Source of the DNA: Nitrosopumilus sp.
GTDB lineage: Archaea; Thermoproteota; Nitrososphaeria; Nitrososphaerales; Nitrosopumilaceae
Assembly (NCBI GenBank): GCA_965214775.1
Contig: OZ243974.1
Location: 2,176,001 to 2,240,000, forward strand
DNA length: 64,000 nucleotides
Direction of reading: 5' to 3'
Below are positions 51,132 through 61,941 of this stretch, in pieces (within the stretch, counting starts at the first letter, position 1; the number at the start of each line of letters is the position of its first letter). The position numbers were made by a program, and so were the translations under genes. The notes under the pieces are model-generated. The model had not been told where the DNA came from. It worked only from the letters and a program-made list of their open reading frames with translations, and did no database searches.

Positions 51132-52253
51132 CTATTGGGGAACTCCCACGGTGTTTCCTACCCCGATTACTAATACTGATTGGCCGGGTTTGGTGTTGTC
51201 TCTGATCATCTCATAAACCTGAAAAGTCACAGCCTCTGCCTGATCAGCTATTTGTTTTGTCATCAGAGTTATGGCTTCTTTTACAGACTGTTTTACAACA
51301 ATCGAGAATACGGGAATGCTTGATCTTGTCGCAATCTCTTCAATTTGGAACCTCTCAGTTCCAATGCCGCCTATTGCGGCACCAAAACCCTGTGCAACAG
51401 ACGCCGAATCCTCGCCTTCCATCTTCAAAGCCGCATCAATCATGATTATCGCATCCAAATGACTCTTTGAAATTAAATTTTCCAGTCCGTCTGCAGGTCT
51501 TCCTACAGCAGAACCTGGACCCTCTGCCTTTAATAAGAAAAGTTTTCTGGATTCAAATTCTGTTCGAGCAAGGACAGTCTGAAACGAAATTGTTTCCTTT
51601 GGATGGCTTAGCATCATTTTTCCAACAATCATGGGACCAATTCCATCCCCTACGGGCTGACCTGCCTTAAAGGCAGGAATAGCTTCCTTCATCGCCTCTG
51701 CCTGCTCCATTATAAAAGGAAGAAGCATCTGAAGTGGCAAAATTAACGGATAATTGTTTTGTTTTTTTGCAGTTAGATACATGTGATTGATGATCTTGTG
51801 GATCATCTGTAATGAGGATGCTATCTCTAATAGCGTCTGGGCCCTGTTTAATTCAACCTTGCTGATTTCTGGGCAAAGCAGACAGATGTGTTTGCGGGTG
51901 TGGTCTTCACGGGATCTTACGGTATGTCTTACCTTGTCTACAATTCCGTTAGGATCCATGTCCACAGGCATTATTGTAAAGTATTCCAAAAATCGGTCAA
52001 TTTTTTCTGTCGGATTATTCTTTGGACTCAGATTTTTTCTGACATAATCGATCAATTCGGTTCTTGACTCTGCCCGAAAAGAATCCAGTTTTTTAATCCC
52101 CTTTTTGATTTCGCCTGAAGTGATATAAAGCTGGATACGCTGGCCGTAAAAAACGAAAACGATTATCGGGATAATCCAGATCAACATCATAATCGGATTC
52201 GCATCATCACCCATTCCAAACAACTGATCAAAGTCAAGGTTTGTAAAATTCAC
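51132..52253 (-). CDS. DUF1512-family archaeal protein
   Basis: PVDMDPNG, GDGIGP, IDAALKMEGE, GVGNTVGV; divergent from tbp. Confidence 0.8.
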   Translation of the reverse strand: MNFTNLDFDQLFGMGDDANPIMMLIWIIPIIVFVFYGQRIQLYITSGEIKKGIKKLDSFRAESRTELIDYVRKNLSPKNNPTEKIDRFLEYFTIMPVDMDPNGIVDKVRHTVRSREDHTRKHICLLCPEISKVELNRAQTLLEIASSLQMIHKIINHMYLTAKKQNNYPLILPLQMLLPFIMEQAEAMKEAIPAFKAGQPVGDGIGPMIVGKMMLSHPKETISFQTVLARTEFESRKLFLLKAEGPGSAVGRPADGLENLISKSHLDAIIMIDAALKMEGEDSASVAQGFGAAIGGIGTERFQIEEIATRSSIPVFSIVVKQSVKEAITLMTKQIADQAEAVTFQVYEMIRDNTKPGQSVLVIGVGNTVGVPQ

Positions 52254-52394
52254 TAGACTCAGCGATCGTCGGATGTAAATTAAATGATTCGACGGATCCG
52301 GTCCTAAAAAACGCCAAAAAATGCCAAAAAACTGTTCCAGAGCACAAAAAATGGCGAGTCCTTTTATTACAGTTAAAATACAAAAAAGCCGAAT

Positions 52395-52955
52395 ATGCCA
52401 CAAACGAAACCTATCGTAAGCGTGGAAAACGTTGTAGCGTCAGCTTCTGTAGATCAGAAGATGGACTTGAACGAAATAACAAAAACATTTCCAGATGTGG
52501 AATATCATCCTGATCAATTTCCAGGGCTTGTTTTCAGACTAAAGAGTCCAAAGACTGCCACGTTGATTTTCACTTCAGGTAAAATGGTGTGTACGGGCTC
52601 CAAATCAGAAGAAATGGCAAGAAAGGCTGTAAAGACAGTTGTCCAGAAACTCCGGAAGGGCGGAATCAAAGTTAAGAAAGACGCAGTTGTCGAAATTCAA
52701 AATATTGTTGCGTCAATCAACCTTGGCGGAAAAATCCACTTGGAACAGGCTGCAAGAACATTGCCAAGAAGCATGTACGAACCAGAACAGTTTCCGGGAC
52801 TAATCCACAGAATGCTTGATCCAAAAACAGTCATTTTGTTGTTTTCATCGGGAAAACTTGTATGTACCGGAGCTAAAAAAGAACCGGATGTTTACAGATC
52901 AGTAAACAACTTGCATGCATTACTTGAGGAAAAAGAACTTATGATTTATAACTAG
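52395..52955 (+). CDS. tbp: TATA-box binding protein
   Basis: ENVVAS/QNIVAS repeats, YxPEQFPGL, SGKxVCTG. Confidence 0.98.
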   Translation: MPQTKPIVSVENVVASASVDQKMDLNEITKTFPDVEYHPDQFPGLVFRLKSPKTATLIFTSGKMVCTGSKSEEMARKAVKTVVQKLRKGGIKVKKDAVVEIQNIVASINLGGKIHLEQAARTLPRSMYEPEQFPGLIHRMLDPKTVILLFSSGKLVCTGAKKEPDVYRSVNNLHALLEEKELMIYN

Positions 52956-53017
52956 TCATAGCTCGAACTTTTTTTAATTCATTTTCAAAGATGGTTTTGG
53001 TGCCGTATTTGGCCCGT

Positions 53018-53097
53018 TAGGCCTTGTGCGTAGTCGGTTGGGATCTGGGTTACTACAAACAAACTCCCCTCATTCAGGCCGATTACACACAATGTTG
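53018..53097. mobile_element. MITE family M1, degenerate copy
   Basis: Collinear with 57619-57700. Confidence 0.7.
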
Positions 53098-53492
53098 GGT
53101 GTGTTTTTTTGTTTGATCATGTACATTTGTGGGGGATGGGAGAGAGAGGGAAGGAGGGATCTGTCTCCTTATTTGTCAGAACTTCTGAAAACAGCTGGGT
53201 TGCCATGTGGGCTAGGCGTGCAAAAGGGCGGAAGTTCAGAAACGCGTGCAGATTGAGCCAAATCATCAATTATGTGACAACCCCTGCCGATGGAATCTAC
53301 AAGGTAACGGTTCCAAGGCATTCATAGACTGCAAGGGAATCATGCTATACATATCGTACAATCAGGGTTGGGCAGGGAGACTTTTTTGAGATAACGACGG
53401 ATTTTCAGGATCAGTCACGAGGCCCAACAATGACAAAACCACCGCACAGATCGATTTTTTATATGATAAACTGCTATTTACTGCGAAATCAG

Positions 53493-53753
53493 ATGCTAGA
53501 AAAACAATTCAATCCAGACATGCTGTATAACCGAATCGTTCATTTTTATATTGACAAGAAGGGGTACCCCAAAGAAAAGGCAAACGAGATAGCCCAATCA
53601 GTCGTACAAAAAGAGGCCCGGCGAAGAATTTGCAAAAACGAGAACTGCAAGCATTTTTCCCATGATCATATAAGAAATTCAGAAACGTGTCTTGTTGAAA
53701 ACTGTGATTGCAAGGGGTTTTCAAGTAAAACCATCCAACGAACTCTCAAGTAA
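53493..53753 (+). CDS. Small Cys/His-rich hypothetical protein
   Basis: CKNENCKH..DH..TCLVENCDC. Confidence 0.7.
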   Translation: MLEKQFNPDMLYNRIVHFYIDKKGYPKEKANEIAQSVVQKEARRRICKNENCKHFSHDHIRNSETCLVENCDCKGFSSKTIQRTLK

Positions 53754-54704
53754 TGGCCTGGCAGCGATTCCCAACTTTCGCAAATGCCGGGCAAACTCGT
53801 CAACAAAACCATGAACAGTGTAAACTTGTTCTGCACCAGACTGCACAACCATGTCGACTAGTTCTCCAAAGTCGCAATGATCACTCATTGGAATTGAATA
53901 GTCTGTCCTTCTTCCAAATGAAAACTTTGATGACTGTGCCCATCCGCTAAATCCGATTGTTACTGCTCCGTGCCTTGACTTCATCTCTTGAACAAACCTG
54001 TTTTTGGGAGACAGCATAGGTGCCACCATGACCCATGGCTTTTTGTCAAGCAAACCACTTTTTTCAGCCTCAGAATGACCGATTCCGTGTCTGAGAGGCA
54101 CTTTGAACCTTTGATGCAGGTTATTCATTTCCTTGACAGAGTCATGAAGGTAGAGAGGGCCCCAGTGGCCGAACATCTGGGTAATTGTCTGAGCCTTTCC
54201 AAGCTGGTATCCCATCAAAATCACCGGGATTCCCTTGCCATAAAGCTCGGAGATCAACTCATTGGCCTGTTTTTGGACTTGCTCGGTCTTTGGAAAAACA
54301 AACTCAGGCAGTCCAAACGTGCATTCGGTGATCAGAGTCCTGCATCTTGGAATTTTTGCACCGTGCAAAAATCCCCTGTTTCGAGTGCAAATATCCCCCG
54401 TATAGAATATGTCCTCAAGAAGCAGGCCCTTGGCTCCAAGTATGTGCCCGCTATCTACCAGAGAAAAACCATCAAGCGACTCTACATGATTTTCCATCTT
54501 GAATCCGCGAAGATCTGCAATCTTGCTTGTCTCGACAGAAGACAGAATGGTCCCTCCGTTTTTTGAAGGCAGATGATCTGCATGTGCATGTGAAACGAAA
54601 TTAACGCCAGTCAGATCGGCATTTTTTGGATCCATATAGACGCGTTTGTCATTTACCTCGCACAGGATTCCGTTTTTTGTCATCCTGACTTTTCTGGGCA
54701 ACAT
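53721..54704 (-). CDS. Beta-CASP/MBL-fold nuclease
   Basis: SHAHADH, GHILG, YTGD, ECTFG, SDHCD, VHG. Confidence 0.88.
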   Translation of the reverse strand: MLPRKVRMTKNGILCEVNDKRVYMDPKNADLTGVNFVSHAHADHLPSKNGGTILSSVETSKIADLRGFKMENHVESLDGFSLVDSGHILGAKGLLLEDIFYTGDICTRNRGFLHGAKIPRCRTLITECTFGLPEFVFPKTEQVQKQANELISELYGKGIPVILMGYQLGKAQTITQMFGHWGPLYLHDSVKEMNNLHQRFKVPLRHGIGHSEAEKSGLLDKKPWVMVAPMLSPKNRFVQEMKSRHGAVTIGFSGWAQSSKFSFGRRTDYSIPMSDHCDFGELVDMVVQSGAEQVYTVHGFVDEFARHLRKLGIAARPLLESSLDGFT

Positions 54705-54759
54705 GATAACCGGCAAATAGATTTGATATAAATTGCAGGTTTGACTCATAGCTGACTAG

Positions 54760-55377
54760 TTGCTAAATCTAGGAATTCTGATATCCGGCCGCGGGAGCAA
54801 CATGGAGTCCATACTAAAGACGATTAAGAAAAAAAGGATCCCGATCAATCCGGCAATCGTAATTTCAAACAGGCCGGATGCAAAAGGCCTCCAAGTTGCT
54901 GAAAAACTCGGCGTAAACACACTGGTTGTCAAAAGCAAGGGATTCAAGGGCAGCAGATGGCAGTATGACAAGAAAATTGTTGCGGCGCTCTCAGAAAACG
55001 GGGTAACCCCGAGAAACGGACTGGTCTGTCTTGCAGGATTTATGAGAATTGTCAGTCCGGAATTTGTAAAAAAATACAAGAACAGGATTCTCAACATACA
55101 TCCTGCATTGCTGCCTGCATTTCCTGGGCTGGGCTCCCAAAGACAGGCCCTGGATTACGGTTCAAAGTATTCCGGATGCACCGTTCATTTTGTCGACGCT
55201 GGAACAGACACGGGGCCAATCATAATCCAATCAGTCGTAAAAATCAAGCAGGACGATACCGAAGAGACGCTCTCAAAGCGAATTCTTACAGAGGAACACA
55301 AAATATACCCTAAAGCCGTAAACCTGTTTGCAAGAAAAAAGATCAGAGTCTCTGGAAGAAGGGTGCTGATTTCCTAG
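54760..55377 (+). CDS. purN: Phosphoribosylglycinamide formyltransferase
   Basis: ISGRGSN, LAGFMR, NIHP.LLP.FPG, GCTVHFV. Confidence 0.96.
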   Translation: MLNLGILISGRGSNMESILKTIKKKRIPINPAIVISNRPDAKGLQVAEKLGVNTLVVKSKGFKGSRWQYDKKIVAALSENGVTPRNGLVCLAGFMRIVSPEFVKKYKNRILNIHPALLPAFPGLGSQRQALDYGSKYSGCTVHFVDAGTDTGPIIIQSVVKIKQDDTEETLSKRILTEEHKIYPKAVNLFARKKIRVSGRRVLIS

Positions 55378-55706
55378 GAGTCAGGCCCGCCAAAAAAATA
55401 CAATACTTTTAGTTCCTTTGTATTTCCGTGAAAATGATGCCTGAGATCCTTTGCAACAAAAAACAGCTTGTCTTTTGAGAGTTTGTAGTCTTTGTTGCTG
55501 ATTTTCAAAAAACCATCGCCGGACAGAATCAAATAAACCTCGTCATTGTCATGTGGCTCCTGCGTGTCTTTCTCTCCGGGCTGCAAGACTAGGACGCCTG
55601 CTGCCAAGCTTTGTTTGTTGATAAAGGTGTGAAAATAAGACTGGCTGTTTCTTACTTTTCCAACATATGCGTCTATGTTATATTCGAGTTTCAATTTATT
55701 TAACAA
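55374..55706 (-). CDS. Cupin-domain protein
   Basis: QEPH..DEVY..SG.G, H.FH. Confidence 0.85.
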   Translation of the reverse strand: MLNKLKLEYNIDAYVGKVRNSQSYFHTFINKQSLAAGVLVLQPGEKDTQEPHDNDEVYLILSGDGFLKISNKDYKLSKDKLFFVAKDLRHHFHGNTKELKVLYFFGGPDS

Positions 55707-55986
55707 CTGCCAAGAAGGTTTTTCGTACCGGGTCTGCGCTCATAAAGGAGTGACCTACCGGATGTATCTTTTCGTGTTCTGGACTGTTGTGCATTTTGAT
55801 AAAACTCTCCTTGCTTTCATGCTCTACAATGATTCTATAACTGCTGCTGCCATCGTGGGCCCTTAGAAGTCTTCTGGAGACAAATCCTGGAAAACTAGAC
55901 AAAACCCTGTTTGATTCAGAAAACCATCTTTCAAAGTCTTTTTCTGTGCCGTCTTTTAGCTGAATATCGGCCATCATTACAAACAT
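55696..55986 (-). CDS. Antibiotic biosynthesis monooxygenase-family protein
   Basis: FE.WF..FPGFVSRRLL, ESKESF..H.SPEH. Confidence 0.82.
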   Translation of the reverse strand: MFVMMADIQLKDGTEKDFERWFSESNRVLSSFPGFVSRRLLRAHDGSSSYRIIVEHESKESFIKMHNSPEHEKIHPVGHSFMSADPVRKTFLAVVK

Positions 55987-56085
55987 GAAAAAAGTAAGGC
56001 ATGGCCATTTAATTTCCTTTCCCAAACCCCAAAGCCGGATTCCAAGAATTAAATACCGACATGGCAGTAGCACATCATCATCATC

Positions 56086-57003
56086 ATGACAGGAGGAAAG
56101 GCAGCCGCAGAAGAACGTGGATCAAAAGGAGTAGCAGTATCAACAACAGGCGTCAAAATTGACGGCAAGATCATTGCTCAGTCAGTCAAGGACAGGGTAA
56201 GACAGGCAGCAGACGAACTCAAAAAACAGAACATCAACCCGTGCTTGGCAACTGTTCTTGTAGGTGATAATGCGGCTTCGGCCACATATGTTAGAAACAA
56301 GCACAAGGCATGTGAGGAGGCAGGCATTGCCACCAAAGACTGCAAACTAGACGCAAACATCACCCAGCCAGAACTAGGCAAAATTATCGACGAGTTGAAT
56401 TCAGACAAATCAGTTCATGGAATTTTGGTTCAGCTGCCGTTGCCAGATCAGCTGGATGAATTTGCAACCATCTCAAGAATATCTCCTCTCAAGGATGTAG
56501 ACGGATTGACGCCACACAATGCAGGCTTGCTTGCAATGAACAAGGCGGTACTTGTTGCATGTACGCCATCAGGAGTAATGGAGATGTTTGATTATCACAA
56601 CATAGATCTGAAAGGAAAAAACGTCGTCTTGATTAACAGAAGCAACCTGGTTGGAAAGCCGCTGTGTCATTTGCTGCTGGAAAAAAATGCGACGGTTTTG
56701 ATATGCCATTCTGGAACAAGGAATTTGACAGAACAATGCAAGAATGCAGATGTCGTAATTACTGCAGTCGGCAACAGGGACAAGTTTACACTAACACAAG
56801 ACATGATCAAAGAGGGGGCAATAGTGATTGACGTTGCAATTTCCCGCCACAATGGAAAGCTTGCAGGCGATGCAGACTATGAAGACATAATACAAAAGGC
56901 ATCCTTTGCAACCCCTGTTCCGGGAGGAGTGGGACCTATGACTGTCGCAATGCTGCTAAAAAACACGATTACTGCAGCATCACTGAGTAGCCAAATTGGA
57001 TGA
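56086..57003 (+). CDS. folD: Bifunctional methylene-THF dehydrogenase/cyclohydrolase
   Basis: YVRNK, GILVQLPLP, KDVDG, RSNLVGKP, TPVPGGVGPMT. Confidence 0.96.
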   Translation: MTGGKAAAEERGSKGVAVSTTGVKIDGKIIAQSVKDRVRQAADELKKQNINPCLATVLVGDNAASATYVRNKHKACEEAGIATKDCKLDANITQPELGKIIDELNSDKSVHGILVQLPLPDQLDEFATISRISPLKDVDGLTPHNAGLLAMNKAVLVACTPSGVMEMFDYHNIDLKGKNVVLINRSNLVGKPLCHLLLEKNATVLICHSGTRNLTEQCKNADVVITAVGNRDKFTLTQDMIKEGAIVIDVAISRHNGKLAGDADYEDIIQKASFATPVPGGVGPMTVAMLLKNTITAASLSSQIG

Positions 57004-57601
57004 CAGTTCGGCAAAAAAATCACTCCGAGAACTTTTGCTAGAAAAAAGGGACAATACGTCATTTGACTATCTGAAAATCGCAAGTGAGAAGATTCATCAA
57101 AAAGTCAAAGGAATGAAAAACTTTAGGGATGCAGAAAAAATCGGTGCATACTATCCGATTGGAAGCGAGATTCTAACTCAGGACATCATCCAAGAGCTGC
57201 TATACGTTAGAAAAGAGGTGTTTATGCCCAAGGTGGCAGGCAAGGCCACCGCCTCTGCCACCGCCACTGTTACTGCGACTACCAACACGATGGAATTTAG
57301 AAGGATTGAGGATTTTTCGAGCCTAGAGAAGGGAAATTTCGGCATTATGGAGCCAAAAGAGGGATGTCCCAAAGACAACGACTTGGATTTGATTTTGGTT
57401 CCGACTGTGGGAATTTCTCCTGCAGGAGTCAGACTGGGATACGGCCATGGGTTTTATGACCGGTTTCTGGCAGAAAACAAGACAACCACAATCTCGTTGG
57501 TTTTGGAAAAACAAGTAATCAAAAACATACCCAAATCGGAGAATGACATTCTGATTGATTGGATAGTTACCGAGGACAAAATTCTTGAAACACAAGGGTG
57601 A
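56996..57601 (+). CDS. 5-formyltetrahydrofolate cyclo-ligase
   Basis: FGIMEP, DLILVP, RLGYGHGFYDR, D.IVTE. Confidence 0.93.
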   Translation: MDDSSAKKSLRELLLEKRDNTSFDYLKIASEKIHQKVKGMKNFRDAEKIGAYYPIGSEILTQDIIQELLYVRKEVFMPKVAGKATASATATVTATTNTMEFRRIEDFSSLEKGNFGIMEPKEGCPKDNDLDLILVPTVGISPAGVRLGYGHGFYDRFLAENKTTTISLVLEKQVIKNIPKSENDILIDWIVTEDKILETQG

Positions 57602-57618
57602 TGCCCCCTTTCTGCCAG

Positions 57619-57700
57619 TAGACCTTATGCGTAATCGGTTCAGATCTGGGATTATTACGAACAAATTTGCCTCATTCAGGTCGATTACGCATAAAGTCTA
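57619..57700. mobile_element. MITE family M1, sharing TIRs with the IS at 3-1745
   Basis: TAGACCTTATGCGTAATCG ... CGATTACGCATAAAGTCTA, 82 bp. Confidence 0.88.
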
Positions 57701-58044
57701 GTGTCCTTTCTGCAGAATTTGTGACTTGAGAGATTTTTTTAGCAGATGCAATGCACTGCATTTGAAACTGCCAAATGCAAGGCATCGCCCAACCAGGAGA
57801 TCTAGTTTGAAATTGGCAATCTGATCGTCGTGTATAGACGAATCTGGCATCAAACAGGCCAAAATACCTGCAAACTGCTCGGTGATGATGAAAAAGATGA
57901 AGATGAAGATGAAGATACTGACGGCAAACTGCCTTCCCGAGGAACAGCTTTTGACTCAAAACGACATCTTGCTGCCGTCAATTGATTTTGCATTTGTGGC
58001 AGTCTTTTAGAAGTTTAAATTTGCCACTAAAATACCAAGATCCA

Positions 58045-61000
58045 ATGGAACTGTACCCGAAATTCGACGCAAAGAAGATAGAACACGCTGCCAGAGAATA
58101 CATCAAGTCAATTGACTTGGAAAAGCAAATTTTTGAATCAGACAAGCCTGAAAAGATCCGGTTCATCGAGGGCCCGCCTACAATGAACGGCACTCCTCAC
58201 GCAGGGCACCTGAGGGGCAGAGTCATCAAGGATCTGTGGTACAGATTCAACACGCTACAAGGCAAAAAAATCGAGTTTAACGGCGGATGGGATGCCCAGG
58301 GGCTTCCGGTGGAACTGCAGGCCGAAAAAGAGCTGGGGGTAACCGGCGGCAAAACCGAGGCAGTCAGGCAATTTGGAATCAAGAGAATAGTCTCTGAATG
58401 CAGAAAGGTAGTTGAGAAATACAACAAGGACTGGGTCGATGTCGATGAAAAACTAGGAATGTCGTTTAATCACGACAAGGCATACTGGACATTGAGAGAC
58501 GGGTTTATCGAACGGGAATGGCAGGTCCTCAAAAAAGCACACGAGAATAAAATCCTGGAGGAGGACTTTACAGTTGTCGCGTACTGTCCCAGCTGCCAAA
58601 CCTCGCTCAGCCATGCCGAGGTCAACCAGGGGTACGAGGAAGTCAAGGATCCGTCATTATTTTACAAGGCAAAGCTAGTCGATGAGGATGCATACCTGAT
58701 TGTATGGACTACGATGCCATTTACGCTGGTGACTGATGCAATGGTGGGATTGCAGCCTGAAGAGGATTATGTGTACGTCAAAGTGGAAGCAGAGACGTGG
58801 GTTGTCGGCAAAACCAGACTGGAAGATTTCATGGCAGAAGTAAAGATCGAGAAGTGGGAAGTTGTCAAGACTGTCAAGGGACACGAGTTTGAAGGAAAAA
58901 AATACATACACCCGCTACTTGACGAGATTCCTGCTCTGGCCGAGTGTGCAAAGGCAGGCAATTTCCATGTTGCAGTCTCCGAACCGTTTGTTGATGCAAG
59001 CACGGGCAGTGGACTGGTCCACCTGTCGCCTGCAAACGGCGAGGAAGACATCAAAATTGCAAACAAGAGAAACGTCAAAATTTTCAACCCGATCGATGAT
59101 CAGGTGAAATTCACACCGCAGGCAGGAAGAAGATACCAGGGCATGTTTGTAAGGGACGCAGACAGGACAATTGTCGAGGATCTAAAGGAAAAAAATGCCC
59201 TGGTCCGGATTGGCAAAATCAGACACAAGTATCCGCTGTGCTGGAGGTCTGGCCATCCGATCGTATGGCTTGCAAGAAAAGGCTGGTTTTACAAGCTGGA
59301 TAGGCTGGATGACAAGGCAATTGATGCGGCCAAAAGCGTGGAATACTTTTTTGAGCAGCCAAAAAACAGGTTCCTTGGAATAATCAAGGAGAGACATCCG
59401 TGGTGCATATCAAGGGAAAGAATTTGGGGATGCCCGCTTCCCGTATGGACATGCCAGGAATGCGGAGAGAGAAACTGGATGTTCTCAAGGCAGGAGATCA
59501 TTGATGCGGCTGAGAATCTGCCTGACGGCCCTGAGTTTGAGCTGCACAGGCCGTGGATTGACAACATCACAATAAGATGCAAAAAATGCAACGGCACGAA
59601 AACAAAAAGAGAAGAGTATGTTTTGGATACCTGGCACAACAGCGGTTCGGCGCCGTTTTCATCACTAAGTGACAAAGAATACCGTGACGAGATTCCTGTG
59701 CCGTTTCTGACTGAGGGAATTGATCAAACCAGAGGATGGGCCTATACATTGCTTGTTGAAAACGTGATTCTAAACAACGGACCGATTCCACCATACAGGT
59801 CGTTTCTGTTCCAGGGACACGTCCTGGACGAAGGGGGCAGAAAGATGAGCAAGAGCAAGGGAAACGTGCTGCAAGGGGCAGATCTGCTGGAAAAGTATCC
59901 TGCAGACCTGGTCAGATTCTACTTTATGTGGAAGGCAAATCCTATTGAGCCGCTCAGTTTCAGCACGGACGAGATGATGTCAAGACCGTACCAGGTAATC
60001 AGCACGCTGTTTAACCTGCATCTTTACTTTAGGCAAAACAGCCAGTATGACGGTTTTGATGCATCAAAAAAGACAGTCATATGGGCAAAGAAGAACAACC
60101 TGCTTGCACCGCCTGATGTATGGCTGCTATCAAAGATTCAAAAGCTGATACACAGGGTTACAGACAGAAACCAGTCCTGCAAATTCCACGAAAGTGCAAA
60201 GGCAATTGAGGACTATATCATAAACAGCCTGAGCCAGGTTTACATTCCTATTACCAGGGGTGAGCTTTGGGACGACGAAGACGATGAAAAGAAAGACAGA
60301 AGACTTGCAATTTATGCTGTTTTGAGCAAGGTTCTCAGGACGCTGGACATCTTGATTCATCCGTTCTGTCCGTTTACAAGCGAGTATCTCTGCCAGGCAG
60401 TCTTTGAGGAACGGCAGAGCAGCATACTGCTTGAGAACTGGCCTGCCTATGACCGGGAACTGGTCGACGAAGAGATTGAGGAATCATTTGACGTTATGAA
60501 GGATGTGATATCCGTTTCTTCGGCTGCCAGAATGAAAGGAAAGCTAAAGCGGAGATGGCCGTTAAACGAGGCCCTGATTTGCGTAAAGAAAGGACAAAAG
60601 CAGATACTCGAACCGCTCTCAGAACTGTTGCAATCCCAGCTCAACGTTGAGAATCTATGCGTCTTTGAGACAACACAAAAAGAGTCGGGCCTGGCACGGA
60701 TTTCAGAATTCAAAAGATTGGGACTTCCAGTAAGGGCCGTAGTGGAGCTGGACAGGAAAAAAATCGGGCCAAAGGCAAAACAGCACATGGGGCAGCTCGT
60801 CGCAAAGTTCGGAGAAACCGATCATGAAGAGATTGTGGCCTCTTTGCTGCAAGGCAGTTCAAAGTATGATTTTTATGTTGATGGCAAAAAGATTTCGCTT
60901 GATTCAGAAGACTTTGTAGTCGGTTTTGATGCCCAAGAAGACTATGCGGTCTCAACCCGGGACAATTACACCGTCTTTATCTCGACTGCAAGAAACAAGG

Positions 61001-61260
61001 AGATGATGGCAAAGGGATTGGTCAAAGATGTTGCAAGAAGGCTGCAGACATTAAGAAAAGAAAGAGGACACAATCCAACTGACGTCTTGAATGTCGCGTC
61101 AATCTTGGGCCTGGATGAGGAGTCCCTTGGGATGATTCGAGAAAAATCCGGGGACCTGGCATTTCTGGTCAGAGTCAAAAAAGTAAACTTTGAGCCTACT
61201 TGCAAGGAATACCAGGACGGCGACATTGACGGACAGAAGATCAGAATCTCTGTGGAGTAG
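58045..61260 (+). CDS. ileS: Isoleucyl-tRNA synthetase (archaeal/eukaryotic type)
   Basis: EGPP..NG.PHAGH, WTT.P.TL, WCISR.R.WG.PLP, EGIDQTRGW, KMSKS. Confidence 0.97.
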   Translation: MELYPKFDAKKIEHAAREYIKSIDLEKQIFESDKPEKIRFIEGPPTMNGTPHAGHLRGRVIKDLWYRFNTLQGKKIEFNGGWDAQGLPVELQAEKELGVTGGKTEAVRQFGIKRIVSECRKVVEKYNKDWVDVDEKLGMSFNHDKAYWTLRDGFIEREWQVLKKAHENKILEEDFTVVAYCPSCQTSLSHAEVNQGYEEVKDPSLFYKAKLVDEDAYLIVWTTMPFTLVTDAMVGLQPEEDYVYVKVEAETWVVGKTRLEDFMAEVKIEKWEVVKTVKGHEFEGKKYIHPLLDEIPALAECAKAGNFHVAVSEPFVDASTGSGLVHLSPANGEEDIKIANKRNVKIFNPIDDQVKFTPQAGRRYQGMFVRDADRTIVEDLKEKNALVRIGKIRHKYPLCWRSGHPIVWLARKGWFYKLDRLDDKAIDAAKSVEYFFEQPKNRFLGIIKERHPWCISRERIWGCPLPVWTCQECGERNWMFSRQEIIDAAENLPDGPEFELHRPWIDNITIRCKKCNGTKTKREEYVLDTWHNSGSAPFSSLSDKEYRDEIPVPFLTEGIDQTRGWAYTLLVENVILNNGPIPPYRSFLFQGHVLDEGGRKMSKSKGNVLQGADLLEKYPADLVRFYFMWKANPIEPLSFSTDEMMSRPYQVISTLFNLHLYFRQNSQYDGFDASKKTVIWAKKNNLLAPPDVWLLSKIQKLIHRVTDRNQSCKFHESAKAIEDYIINSLSQVYIPITRGELWDDEDDEKKDRRLAIYAVLSKVLRTLDILIHPFCPFTSEYLCQAVFEERQSSILLENWPAYDRELVDEEIEESFDVMKDVISVSSAARMKGKLKRRWPLNEALICVKKGQKQILEPLSELLQSQLNVENLCVFETTQKESGLARISEFKRLGLPVRAVVELDRKKIGPKAKQHMGQLVAKFGETDHEEIVASLLQGSSKYDFYVDGKKISLDSEDFVVGFDAQEDYAVSTRDNYTVFISTARNKEMMAKGLVKDVARRLQTLRKERGHNPTDVLNVASILGLDEESLGMIREKSGDLAFLVRVKKVNFEPTCKEYQDGDIDGQKIRISVE

Positions 61261-61314
61261 TCTGGGATTGCTTATTGTAAATATTTTTATTGGAATCAAG
61301 GATTGAAAAAGGAA

Positions 61315-61902
61315 ATGTCCGAATCAAAGGAACCCAACGTAGTCGGGATTAACATCCTAAGACAGAATGGCGTGGATGTCGACGAATTGGTAAACGAGCT
61401 AGTCAAAAACGCAGCCGTGGAATTTACTGCATACTATTACTTTACCAACCTTAGAGCACACTGCACAGGCATGCAAGGCGAAGGACTCAAGGGAATCATC
61501 GAGGATGCAAGGCTGGAGGACCTCAGCCATTTTGAATCGTGCGTTGAGAGAATCTATCAGTTAGGCGGTTCGCTTCCAGACGATGCAACCGAATTTGTCA
61601 AAATTTCAGGATGTGAGTTTTTGCAGCTTCCGCCAAATCCGACTGATCACATGGCGATTCTGGAGAAATGTCTCAAGGCAGAACAGGGCGCAATTGTCAA
61701 CTGGAATAAAATTTGCAAGATGACACATGGAAAGGATCCGACAACATATGATATTGCAAAAGACATTCTGGCCGAAGAGATTGAACACGAGTCGTGGTTC
61801 CTGGAGTTGATCTATGGAAGACCGTCAGGACACATGAGAAGAAAGCATGCCGGTGAGAGGCCGCATACTAGAAAACACTCTAGGGCACTTGACATGGGTT
61901 AG
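61315..61902 (+). CDS. Dps-like (DPSL) ferritin-family protein
   Basis: EFTAYYY, EDARLED..HFE, RIY.LGG.LP, EE.EHE. Confidence 0.9.
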   Translation: MSESKEPNVVGINILRQNGVDVDELVNELVKNAAVEFTAYYYFTNLRAHCTGMQGEGLKGIIEDARLEDLSHFESCVERIYQLGGSLPDDATEFVKISGCEFLQLPPNPTDHMAILEKCLKAEQGAIVNWNKICKMTHGKDPTTYDIAKDILAEEIEHESWFLELIYGRPSGHMRRKHAGERPHTRKHSRALDMG

Positions 61903-61941
61903 GCCAGATCACCACCATCATACGCCTTATTTGTAGATAAT

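Noticed and set aside
57750-57790. Hairpin TGCATTTG/CAAATGCA upstream of ileS as a T-box
   Set aside because: No T-box consensus; a short isolated stem is insufficient evidence
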